Part shown: piece by piece, positions 18,047-27,077 of the stretch
Numbering within the stretch: the first letter of the stretch is position 1
Layout of the letters: each line of letters starts with the position of its first letter
NCBI GenBank assembly: GCA_963667725.2
Contig: CAXXHO010000003.1
Location: 64,001 to 128,000, forward strand
From: Treponemataceae bacterium
Lineage (GTDB): Bacteria > Spirochaetota > Spirochaetia > Treponematales > Rectinemataceae
DNA: 64,000 nt
Reading direction: 5' to 3'
The notes under the pieces: model-generated
Told to the model about the DNA's origin: nothing
The model's input: the letters and a program-made list of their open reading frames with translations, nothing else
The model's database searches: none
Translations under genes and position numbers: made by a program

Positions 18047-19264
18047 ATGAAAGAGAAGATTTTTTCCTACATCGAAAATAGCGTCGACGGCATCATCGAA
18101 CTGGAGAGCCTCCTGACCTCGATCCCAGCGCTGGCGCCGGAATCGGGAGGGCAGGGCGAGCTGGAAAAATCCATCGCCTTGGAGAAATGGCTCAGGGCTC
18201 AGGGCATCAACGATATCTTTCACATGGACGCGAAGGACGACAGGGTGGCGTCGGGCGTCCGCCCCAACTTCGTCGCGACCATTCCCGGCAGGAACGACAA
18301 ATCCCGCCTCTGGATAATGACGCACATGGACGTCGTTCCGGAAGGCGAGCGCTCCAACTGGAATACCGATCCCTGGAAGGTGACGGTGAAGGGCAAGACG
18401 CTCGTCGGCCGCGGCGTGGAGGATAACCAGCAGGGCCTCGTGTCTTCGGTGTTCATGGCCCTGGCCTTCGTCAAGCAGGGCATCGTGCCCGAGCGGACGA
18501 TCAAGTTGCTCTTCGTGGCCGATGAGGAAGTGGGGTCAACGTTCGGGATCCAGCATATCATCAACAACTATTCGCTTTTCGGGAAGGACGATCTCATCAT
18601 CATCCCCGATGGGGGCAATGCCGAAGGCACCGAGATCGAGGTGGCCGAGAAGAATATCTGCTGGCTGCAGGTGAGGACGAAGGGAGTGCAGACGCACGCC
18701 GCTTCGCCGGACAAGGGTGTCAACGCCTTTCTGGCCGCCAGCGACCTGGCCCTGCGTATCCACGGACTCGAGAAAACTGTCTTTACGGCCAGGGACTCCC
18801 TTTTCGAGCCCGATAGGACAACGATCAATCCCACGAAAAAAGAAGCCAACGTGCCGAACGTGAACACGATTCCCGGCGACGATGTCTTCTGCGTGGATAT
18901 GAGGATTCTTCCCCAGTATCCCGTTTCAATCGTTATGGCCGAGGCGAGGAAGGTCGCCGACACGGTGGAGGCCGAATACAAGGTCAAGGTCTCCTTCGAG
19001 GTGCTGCAGAGCAATGAATCCAAGGCTACCGCGGCCGACGCGCCGGTCGTCGGCCACCTGAAGACCGCGGTGAGGGAAGTCTACGGCGTGGAGGCCCGGG
19101 CGATAGGCATCGGAGGGGGAACCGTTGGCGCTTACCTTCGCAAGGCCGGATTCGATTGCGTGGTATGGGCTAAGATGAACGAAACCGCCCATCAGCCGAA
19201 CGAAAGCGCCGAGATCGCCAACGTAATCGGCGACGCGAAGGTATTCGCCAGCCTGGCGCTGTGA
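18047..19264 (+). CDS. M20 family metallohydrolase (DapE/ArgE-like)
   Basis: THMDVVP, GRGVEDN, ADEEVGS, AHQPNE; AAGGAG before ATG 18047. Confidence 0.9.
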   Translation: MKEKIFSYIENSVDGIIELESLLTSIPALAPESGGQGELEKSIALEKWLRAQGINDIFHMDAKDDRVASGVRPNFVATIPGRNDKSRLWIMTHMDVVPEGERSNWNTDPWKVTVKGKTLVGRGVEDNQQGLVSSVFMALAFVKQGIVPERTIKLLFVADEEVGSTFGIQHIINNYSLFGKDDLIIIPDGGNAEGTEIEVAEKNICWLQVRTKGVQTHAASPDKGVNAFLAASDLALRIHGLEKTVFTARDSLFEPDRTTINPTKKEANVPNVNTIPGDDVFCVDMRILPQYPVSIVMAEARKVADTVEAEYKVKVSFEVLQSNESKATAADAPVVGHLKTAVREVYGVEARAIGIGGGTVGAYLRKAGFDCVVWAKMNETAHQPNESAEIANVIGDAKVFASLAL

Positions 19265-19294
19265 GGGTACACTTACCCGCCTAATGGATCTCGT

Positions 19295-20719
19295 TCAGCG
19301 AGCGGGGACTTTCAGTTTTTGGCCGATCCTGAGCGTGCTGTTCACGCTTATGCCATTCCGTTCGGCGAGCGTGTCGGGTTTCACGTCAAAAAGAAGGGAG
19401 ATATCCCAGAGGGTATCTCCCTTCTTTATTGTGTAGAAATCGCTGAACGCGGCGTTTTCGGAACCGGTCGTCTTTTTGGATGCGGAGATTGTCGTGGACA
19501 GATGGGGAATGATGACGGTTTGCCCTATCCGTATCTTGTCCGCCTTGAGGCCGGGATTGGCCTGAAGGATTATGTTGAGCGGCGTCGCGTAACGCTGGGC
19601 TATCGCGCTCATCGTGTCGCCCGATTTTATCTTGTATATTTCGTATTTGAACAGCGGCGAGGAGACATCTTCAAGGATGGCCCGCACCGTTTCCGCCTTG
19701 TCCGCGGGCACCTTCACCATATGCTTCGCGCTGGGGGGCGTTATGTGGTATTTAAGTTCGGCGTTGCCGTCTTTCAGCAGCTTGAGAGGAATGCCCGTTC
19801 GCTCGGCCAGGACGTTCATATCCACCTGACGGGATGTCTCCAGGGCTTCCCATAGGTGCTTTTCGCCCCATCCGGACTGAAAGCCATGGAGTTCCGGATA
19901 GCTCAGTATCGAAGCGACGGCAAGGAATTTCGGGACATAGGAGAGCGGCTCCCTGGACAGTTTTTTGCTTTCGTAAAGATGCCAGAAATCGATAGACTCG
20001 CCGTTCGAGGATCTTATCGCCCTCGTGACGGCACCCAGCCCCGCGTTGTAGGCGGCAATGGCCAACGGCCAGTCTCCGAGCGCCTTATAATTGTCGCGCA
20101 GCTTCCGCAGCGCGGCATCGGTGCTTTTCATGAAATCCTTCCGGTCATCAGTCCATTCCGATATGGAAAGACCATAGCCCGAGATGGAGTTCCGCATGAA
20201 CTGCCAGATGCCCGTGGCCCCGCTTCTCGACACGGCAAAGGGAGAATACTCCGACTCTATGACGGGCAGGTAGACAAGTTCCTTGGGCAGTTGGTATTCC
20301 ACAATCTTCTCTTCGACGTAGGCCAGGTAGGGAAGGGAGCGCTCCATGACAGCCAGGAGCCATTTCTTGCCCCCGGAGGTCATGTAGGTAGCGCGGTAAT
20401 TCTCAAATTCCTCATGTCCCCATGGCATTTCCATATCGAATTGAAGTCCGTCCACCAGGATGCCCGCGGACATGACGATTTCCGGATCGGCTGTCTGGGA
20501 TTCGGCGGGTGGGGCGGCGGGGGGGAGCGAGACTTCGGGAGCAATACTCGCCAGAACCTCTGCGGCGGCTTCCGTCTCGATCTCCGGATCATGCCCTTGC
20601 CCGTAAACGGCGACGCTGAGCGTCAGCATAAAAAGCGCCGGCAGGAAAAAGCGGAGGCGCAAACCTGGGTGGAGACGTCTGTTCGAAACGGATTCAGAAT
20701 ATGGTCTATCATGATTCAT
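19295..20719 (-). CDS. MltD-like lytic transglycosylase with two LysM domains
   Basis: LPVIESEY, SRSGATGIWQFM, AIAAYNAG, YVPKF; LysM repeats YKIKSGDT and YTIKKGDT; ATGA overlap at 20716-20719. Confidence 0.9.
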   Translation of the reverse strand: MNHDRPYSESVSNRRLHPGLRLRFFLPALFMLTLSVAVYGQGHDPEIETEAAAEVLASIAPEVSLPPAAPPAESQTADPEIVMSAGILVDGLQFDMEMPWGHEEFENYRATYMTSGGKKWLLAVMERSLPYLAYVEEKIVEYQLPKELVYLPVIESEYSPFAVSRSGATGIWQFMRNSISGYGLSISEWTDDRKDFMKSTDAALRKLRDNYKALGDWPLAIAAYNAGLGAVTRAIRSSNGESIDFWHLYESKKLSREPLSYVPKFLAVASILSYPELHGFQSGWGEKHLWEALETSRQVDMNVLAERTGIPLKLLKDGNAELKYHITPPSAKHMVKVPADKAETVRAILEDVSSPLFKYEIYKIKSGDTMSAIAQRYATPLNIILQANPGLKADKIRIGQTVIIPHLSTTISASKKTTGSENAAFSDFYTIKKGDTLWDISLLFDVKPDTLAERNGISVNSTLRIGQKLKVPAR

Positions 20720-21876
20720 TGCATCTTTTCTCCAAAATAAATGCCGGCCCATTCCCATTGTCCGTGTACCTTGGGATCGGCCGGAAAGTCGATTTTGCGG
20801 AAATACAGGTACCAGACCTGGACGCGGCCCGTCCAGCCCCATGTCCGCAGATAGGCGTCGTATGGTCCCGACGATGAATGCAGGCTGGCCGCCGATTGGA
20901 TGGGCCGACCCTGCATGAACTGGCTCAAATCGAAGGCGACCTTGCTGTTCGCGTCCATTCCGCTGTCCTGGTACCATGATACCGCAAAAAATCCAGCTTT
21001 CGAGGCATATTTTCGCAGCTGGCGGGCCGAACCGGACGCGAGGGCCTTTCTAACGTTCGCGGTCAATTCGTCCAGACTCTCGAAGGTCCAGTCTTTCGGG
21101 CTGGCATTGAATTCGACCAGCTGTCTGGCATAGGCATGGGCTTCCGGATAGCCCGGAACGCCCGTTCCGAAATAGGGAAGGAAGGCGGCATAATGCTCCA
21201 AGGCTTCTTTCCACGATCCGATTTTTTCGTACTCCTTGGCGAGGAGGAAGTGAGAAGCCCCCACATCCTCGGCATCGGGGAAACGCGCGATGAGATCCCG
21301 GTAATATTCGATCTTCCGTTCAGGCACTTCCGCGCTTCGAACCAGCCGCGCGAGCGATTCGTAGTGAAGGCTCTTTCCCTCGATATTGAGATCGGGGAGG
21401 GTCTTCACGATTCTCTCGTAGAGGAGAATCGCCAGCGGCGCATCGCCCGCCGCCTCGTAGCTCGCGGCGGCGGCGAAGAGATACCAGGCCGCGTATTCAT
21501 CGGAAGGATCGCTCATCCCGACAAGGAATGACGCTGCCTTCGCGTGATTCCCGCCGTCGATCAGTATGGCGGATATTTTCCTCGCGGCGGCATAATGCGC
21601 CACACTGTTGGGTTTGGCCCCATCAGGGCCATGTTCGTCCAAAACCGCGAACAGCGACGATAGCGCCCTTCTCTGCGAAAGGCCGCCTACGATATACAGG
21701 GAATTACCGCCGGAACAGGATGTTACAAAAAAAGAGGCCGCAAGGATAAAAATAACAAATAAAGCCAGCCGGCGCGCTTGAGAGGAGCGCAACCCGGTCC
21801 TCTTTATGCGGGGGGCAGGTGAAAACACAAAAACCAGAGTAACACGCGGTTTTTCCGCTTTGCAAGTACGAACCAT
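20716..21876 (-). CDS. TPR-containing lipoprotein (start uncertain)
   Basis: FVTSC lipobox, helical TPR-like segments, C-terminal GQWEWAGIYFGE; translationally coupled to the transglycosylase. Confidence 0.7.
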   Translation of the reverse strand: MVRTCKAEKPRVTLVFVFSPAPRIKRTGLRSSQARRLALFVIFILAASFFVTSCSGGNSLYIVGGLSQRRALSSLFAVLDEHGPDGAKPNSVAHYAAARKISAILIDGGNHAKAASFLVGMSDPSDEYAAWYLFAAAASYEAAGDAPLAILLYERIVKTLPDLNIEGKSLHYESLARLVRSAEVPERKIEYYRDLIARFPDAEDVGASHFLLAKEYEKIGSWKEALEHYAAFLPYFGTGVPGYPEAHAYARQLVEFNASPKDWTFESLDELTANVRKALASGSARQLRKYASKAGFFAVSWYQDSGMDANSKVAFDLSQFMQGRPIQSAASLHSSSGPYDAYLRTWGWTGRVQVWYLYFRKIDFPADPKVHGQWEWAGIYFGEKMQ

Positions 21877-21919
21877 CTCTATATACTTAAGACCTCATTC
21901 CTTGGAGGAATTGCCACCA

Positions 21920-22309
21920 GTGAAACCCAGAGTATTCCTGACGCTGAGATTTCTCGCCACTTTTCTGATTTTTTCAACCGTGGCGGGGCTTGTAACCTGG
22001 GTCGGCGGGCTGCGGATCGTCCAGACTTGGCCCTTCTTCCTGGGAGCGGCAGGCTTCGCCGGCCTTCTCGCCGGGATAAGGAAACGCCATCGTTTTTCTG
22101 TGGGATTCACCATCCCATCCATGGTTTTTATAGCGCTGTCAGGCTTCTTCTGCCTTTTTTCCTTTCATCTCATCCCCATGCGGCTGAAAGATTTCATTTT
22201 AATGTATTGGCCGGCGATACCTGTCGTCTCCCTGGCATGTTTGTTTTTGAGCGCGTTCTTTTTCGGCTGGCGGCGTCGGGCCGGGCGCGGGAAAAATTCG
22301 GAAAGATGA
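21920..22309 (+). CDS. small four-TM membrane protein
   Basis: GGAGG upstream of GTG 21920; four hydrophobic segments with WP motifs. Confidence 0.6.
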   Translation: MKPRVFLTLRFLATFLIFSTVAGLVTWVGGLRIVQTWPFFLGAAGFAGLLAGIRKRHRFSVGFTIPSMVFIALSGFFCLFSFHLIPMRLKDFILMYWPAIPVVSLACLFLSAFFFGWRRRAGRGKNSER

Positions 22310-22429
22310 ACTTTTAATGCGGAAGTATTCAAGAAAAGAGGAATTTGTTACGATTTTCTATTATAATCACAATGACCAATCCAATAATGAAATGGGAACG
22401 CTTGGCGTTCGCGGCGGGAGAAAAGTGAA

Positions 22430-24385
22430 TTGAATAAAGTCTGCAAGCGTGGAGCGCTGATTGTCTTTCTCGCCGCCATGCTCGGAACCGCCGTTCAGCC
22501 TTTATGCGCCCAGACCAGCATAGCCATGGCCGATCCCGAGACCCTGGCCAGGATGATCGGCAACAAGGCTGAAATCGAACGCAATATTATCTTGGCCACA
22601 CCCGATTCTCTCGTCCTCGCCAGGAATGGGCTCGCCGAATCGAAGGTCCTCGCAGAAGACGACAGAAAAGCCCTGCTGGAAATCGTCCGCGGAATTTCGA
22701 CCATTCTCTATCCCCCGCCCATCGCGGCTCGCGCGACGCCGAAGGTCGCGAAAAACCCTCCCCCGCGCTTCAAGGGGAGTGATGAACCGCTCTCCGATTT
22801 TTTCGTGGATCCACTGCTCAAGAATATCCATCCTATCTATTCCATATGCCTGACCCAGTTGGTGGAAGCTTCCAGCGGAAGAATCTTCGCCGCGCCCAAG
22901 GGTTCAGAGGGCGCTTTCCTGACGGAAATTCTGCCCGCCCTCGCCGTATTCAAGACCTCTGACAGAGATACAGCCAGATCGGCTCTCGCTTATTCCGAAC
23001 GTTTCGAGGCTTCGGGCAGCTATGCCTCGGCCATACCGGGGCTCGTGCAGGCGCGGTCCGCCAGATTGGAAGGCGACTCGCTGAAAGCCTATCATCTCTA
23101 TGGCAAGGTCCTGGATTCCTATCCCGATGTCTGGCCGGCAAGGCTGGAACTGGGGCTGCTTTCCCTGGAAATGGGAATGCCCGTGAACGCGCTGACCTAT
23201 CTTTCCCCCCTCGCCGAAAACAGGCAAAACGATGGCGCCGTCGTCTTGCCCTATGCCATGGCGCTCTATCACAACGGAAGACTGGCGGACGCCGAACCCT
23301 ATGTGCGGAAGGGCCTGGAATGCTATCCCGAATCACCCGCGCTCTCGATTATCGCGGCGCACATTCTGATGGACAGAAATGACTACGCCGCCGCCCAGCC
23401 CCTTATCGATTCCTACGGGAAGAAACATGCTTCGGACAGGATGTACCTGTATTTAAAAGCCCTCCTGGCCAAGGGGCAGAACCGGAACGATGAAGCCCAG
23501 AAGTGGGCGCGCAAAGCCCTGCAGGCATATCCTGAAGACCCCGAAATCATGGTGCTTCTCGCCGGAATCCTTTTTGGCGGACCTGAGGCGGGACACAAGG
23601 AAGCGGCGGCGCTGAGCATCGAAGCGAAGAATCGTTTTGCCGCCGAAAGAACCATGGCGGTCGGGGCAAAGTCGACTCCTTTCAGTCCCTTGATGGAGGC
23701 GATGCGCAAAGAGGCCGAAGGCGAGGCCACGCGCTTCCTGATGCTCGAGGCCTACAACCATCAGGATTGGTACGCGGCCGGCGAGATGCTTGGGTCGACC
23801 TCGACATCGGGCATAGATAAGGCCGTCGTGGCCACGATCCTGAGGAAATCAGGCAGGAAAAAAGAAGCCCTCGCTTTTTCCTCCGAATGGTACAGCGACA
23901 GCCCGCAATCGGAAGCCGCCGCCGAAGCCTACCTCAGATCCCTCGCCTCGGCCAGCACCGGCATTGGTGTGGCCTCGGCGGCCGGCTCCACGGTTTCTGA
24001 CGCCGGCACCGGCCTCATCGGGTTTATGGGCGGCTACGCTCCCGGGAGTTCGGGACCTGTCCTGGATGCGGGACAGCCTTCCATCATCGGCCTCGTGCTC
24101 CAGCTGCTCTCGGGATCCTGTTCGGCCAGCATGCGATCCTATCTCTATTATCTTCGCGGAACCCTGCAGACCGATACCGACGCGGCCATCGACTCCTATC
24201 GGATGGCTCTCCTCGAGCGAGCCGATAACGTGGAAGCCATAGCGGCCCTGGCAAAGGCCTACGCCAAGAAAAACGACGCGCAGAAAGCGCTTTTCTTTGT
24301 CAAGCAAGCCAAGTCGATTGGTATCGACGACGCTGACCTCGCCTCCGATCTGCAGGCGCTGGAAGCGACGCTCGTCAAGGGATGA
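22430..24385 (+). CDS. secreted TPR-repeat protein
   Basis: Signal peptide and multiple TPR-like helix pairs (e.g. ARKALQAYPEDPEIMVLLA). Confidence 0.75.
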   Translation: MNKVCKRGALIVFLAAMLGTAVQPLCAQTSIAMADPETLARMIGNKAEIERNIILATPDSLVLARNGLAESKVLAEDDRKALLEIVRGISTILYPPPIAARATPKVAKNPPPRFKGSDEPLSDFFVDPLLKNIHPIYSICLTQLVEASSGRIFAAPKGSEGAFLTEILPALAVFKTSDRDTARSALAYSERFEASGSYASAIPGLVQARSARLEGDSLKAYHLYGKVLDSYPDVWPARLELGLLSLEMGMPVNALTYLSPLAENRQNDGAVVLPYAMALYHNGRLADAEPYVRKGLECYPESPALSIIAAHILMDRNDYAAAQPLIDSYGKKHASDRMYLYLKALLAKGQNRNDEAQKWARKALQAYPEDPEIMVLLAGILFGGPEAGHKEAAALSIEAKNRFAAERTMAVGAKSTPFSPLMEAMRKEAEGEATRFLMLEAYNHQDWYAAGEMLGSTSTSGIDKAVVATILRKSGRKKEALAFSSEWYSDSPQSEAAAEAYLRSLASASTGIGVASAAGSTVSDAGTGLIGFMGGYAPGSSGPVLDAGQPSIIGLVLQLLSGSCSASMRSYLYYLRGTLQTDTDAAIDSYRMALLERADNVEAIAALAKAYAKKNDAQKALFFVKQAKSIGIDDADLASDLQALEATLVKG

Positions 24386-25236
24386 GCGCTCTTTTCAATC
24401 CGGACATAGCGGAGTTCCTCGAAACCATCTACAACGAATGCAACCGACGGCAACGATTGAACAGGGATCCCCTGGCTATCGTCGCCGGCTACAGCGATAC
24501 TTCCGACAGGGAAGTGGCGGGGCTCATCTGTTCCACCCTCGCTTTCGGCTCGGTAGATCTCATTCTCCGCGCCTGTAATCGCGCGCTCGAACCTCTGGGT
24601 TCCCACCCCGCTTCGGCGCTCGAATCCATGGAAGACAACGATTTGTCGCGGTTCTGGGGCGATTTTCACTATCGCTTCTGTTTTCCTTCCGACATGCAGG
24701 CCCTGCTGCGTTCTATCCGCGCGGCCAGGCGCAGCCATGGCTCCCTTGAGGCATTGTTTCTCGCCGGCGACGCGCCCGGGAACGGGATGCCGGAGACGAC
24801 AGGAACCTTCGTCAGGGCGTTGAGAAGCCTGGGTTCGGACGATTCGCCGTCTGGATCCCGCACATCTGGCTCCTCCGGGCCTGGCATCCGCAAGAACCTC
24901 CTGCCCGACCCCTCCGACGGTTCCGCCTGCAAAAGACTCTTCCTGTTCCTGCGCTGGATGGCGCGTAAAGACGACATCGACCCGGGCGGCTGGGATTCGC
25001 TATCCCCGTCGCGCCTTCTTGTTCCTCTTGATGTCCATATGGTAAAAACCTGCCGCGAAAGATTGGGGTTCTTGGGCAAGGCACGAGCATCGGGTTCCCC
25101 GAATCTGCGCGACGCCATCGAGGTGACGCGCCAATTCGCCCTCTATTCGCCTGACGATCCGGTCAAATATGACTTCGCCTTGACGAGGCCAGGGATCGAT
25201 CCTTGGCCCGGGGACGAAGTCTTTGGCTGTTTCTGA
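24382..25236 (+). CDS. TIGR02757/DUF2400 family protein
   Basis: DREVAG..LAFG, SACKRLFLFLRWMAR, VPLDVH, PDDPVKYDFAL. Confidence 0.85.
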   Translation: MSALFNPDIAEFLETIYNECNRRQRLNRDPLAIVAGYSDTSDREVAGLICSTLAFGSVDLILRACNRALEPLGSHPASALESMEDNDLSRFWGDFHYRFCFPSDMQALLRSIRAARRSHGSLEALFLAGDAPGNGMPETTGTFVRALRSLGSDDSPSGSRTSGSSGPGIRKNLLPDPSDGSACKRLFLFLRWMARKDDIDPGGWDSLSPSRLLVPLDVHMVKTCRERLGFLGKARASGSPNLRDAIEVTRQFALYSPDDPVKYDFALTRPGIDPWPGDEVFGCF

Positions 25237-25291
25237 TTGACATTGGCGAGGCCGCTGTGATAGCTTAGTCGAGCTATCGGTACGGTAGCGA

Positions 25292-25365
25292 CGGGCAATA
25301 GCGCAGGTGGTTAGCGTACGAGTCTGGGGGACTCGGGGTCGCCAGTTCGAGTCTGGCTTGCCCGA
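25292..25365 (+). tRNA. tRNA-Pro(GGG)
   Basis: CGGGCAA..TTGCCCG acceptor stem, anticodon arm CGAGT-CTGGGGG-ACTCG, T loop GTTCGAG. Confidence 0.95.
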
Positions 25366-25367
25366 TA

Positions 25368-25405
25368 GAGAGCGAGTTATCGCGATGCGATGGCTCGCTC
25401 TTTTT
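25368..25405 (+). terminator. intrinsic terminator after tRNA-Pro
   Basis: AGAGCGAG..CTCGCTCT followed by a T run. Confidence 0.75.
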
Positions 25406-25533
25406 GTTTTTAAAAGCTATTACGTATAAAGCGGCTTGACGAAGTCAGTAGTTGATGTAACAATTTTTATAGGATATTGGCATATTGTAAGTGAAAATTT
25501 GAACACATAAGTGTTTTTCGGAGGAGGCTGCGA

Positions 25534-27033
25534 TTGAAGGCAGTTGGCTATGCGTGGCTCATTCAAACGTACCGCCTCGATGTGCTCGAGTCTTCATCAG
25601 TCTCCTATATCCATGAGCGAAGCGATCGCCGCAGTGTGGAACAAGATAGCCGGACCGAGTTGTATTACCCCAGGGGCTATGATCCTGGCGATGGATGGGC
25701 CGGGAACCTAACGTTCGCGTTAAAGTATGAAGGGCTCAATCTTGAGGTAGTGGCAGCGTTGTTCTCAAAGCTCGATTCCTCGGCGGTCGAAGCCTATGTT
25801 CAGGAATCACCGATCGGCAAATATGCTCGGTTTGTATGGTTTTTTTATGAACTTCTAACGAAGCGAAAGCTTGGGATTCCTGATCTCGATACAGGCAACT
25901 ATCTACCCATCCTCGATGAAGAGCGGGAATTTGCCATCCCGGAGGCGGTTGCGCCCAGGGCGAAGCGGCAAAGACTTATTGTAAACCTCCTCGGAGGAAA
26001 AGAGTATTGCCCGCGCATCAGGAAGACCGAAGCGATCGCAGCCTTCCATACCGCCGATGTCGCGGCATCAGTACGAGCCCTTGTAGCCGCCTATCCCGAT
26101 GAACTCATCGGGCGCGCTTCCCGATACCTCTACGCGAAGGAAACGAAATCTTCGTTCGAGATCGAGCGAGAGCGAGCCGACACAAAACGCACCACCAGGT
26201 TCATTGAACTCTTGAAACGAGCGGGGCGTGTCGATCCGTATGGGGAAGAGGAGCTTACGGCGCTGCAGAACGCGATCGTGGAAGAACGATATGCCGTCGA
26301 TGGGTATAGGACGAACCAAAATTATGTAGGCGAGAGCATCGGCCCGACCCGCGAACTCGTCCATTATATTCCGCCCAAGCCGGAAGACTTAGGATTCCTT
26401 ATGGAGGGATGGACTTCCTCCTGCAGGCAGATTCGGTCCAGCGCTCTCGATGCCCTCGTTCTTGCCACCGTAATGGGATTCGGGTTCGTGTATCTCCACC
26501 CCTTCGAGGATGGCAATGGCCGCATCCATCGATTCCTGATCCACGACGCGCTGGTCGCGACGGGATTCACGCCGGAGGGCATGATATTCCCGGTATCCGC
26601 GGTTATGCTCCGCCGGATGAAGGAGTACGATGCTGCTTTGGAAGCGTTCTCCAGGCCTTGCATGGAGCGGCTTCAGTATGCCCTCGATAGCCGGGGAGCG
26701 GTAACGGTGCAGGGAGAGACCAGCGGGCACTACCGCTATCCAGACCTGACGCGGCAGGCGGAAGCTTTAGCTTCATTCGTGCAGGAAACGGCGCAGGTGG
26801 AGTTTTCAGCGGAACTGGAATATCTCTCGCTTTTCGACCAGACAGCCGAAGCCGTTCGCTCGCTCCTTGACATGCCCGATCGAAAGCTCGAGCTCTTCGT
26901 CCGCCTCTGCATCCAGGGCAAAGGGAAGGTGTCGGCATCGAAACGCGGGCTGTTCCCTGAGATCACCGATGGGGAACTTGCCGAACTCGAAAGCGCCGTA
27001 GCCCCAATCATCGCTGGCCAAAAGCAAAATTGA
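25534..27033 (+). CDS. Fic family protein
   Basis: Canonical Fic motif HPFEDGNGRIHR; GGAGGAGG before the TTG start. Confidence 0.9.
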   Translation: MKAVGYAWLIQTYRLDVLESSSVSYIHERSDRRSVEQDSRTELYYPRGYDPGDGWAGNLTFALKYEGLNLEVVAALFSKLDSSAVEAYVQESPIGKYARFVWFFYELLTKRKLGIPDLDTGNYLPILDEEREFAIPEAVAPRAKRQRLIVNLLGGKEYCPRIRKTEAIAAFHTADVAASVRALVAAYPDELIGRASRYLYAKETKSSFEIERERADTKRTTRFIELLKRAGRVDPYGEEELTALQNAIVEERYAVDGYRTNQNYVGESIGPTRELVHYIPPKPEDLGFLMEGWTSSCRQIRSSALDALVLATVMGFGFVYLHPFEDGNGRIHRFLIHDALVATGFTPEGMIFPVSAVMLRRMKEYDAALEAFSRPCMERLQYALDSRGAVTVQGETSGHYRYPDLTRQAEALASFVQETAQVEFSAELEYLSLFDQTAEAVRSLLDMPDRKLELFVRLCIQGKGKVSASKRGLFPEITDGELAELESAVAPIIAGQKQN

Positions 27034-27077
27034 GCGTTATGCGGCAATGCCGCACAGGAAGCGATGTTCAACCTTAT

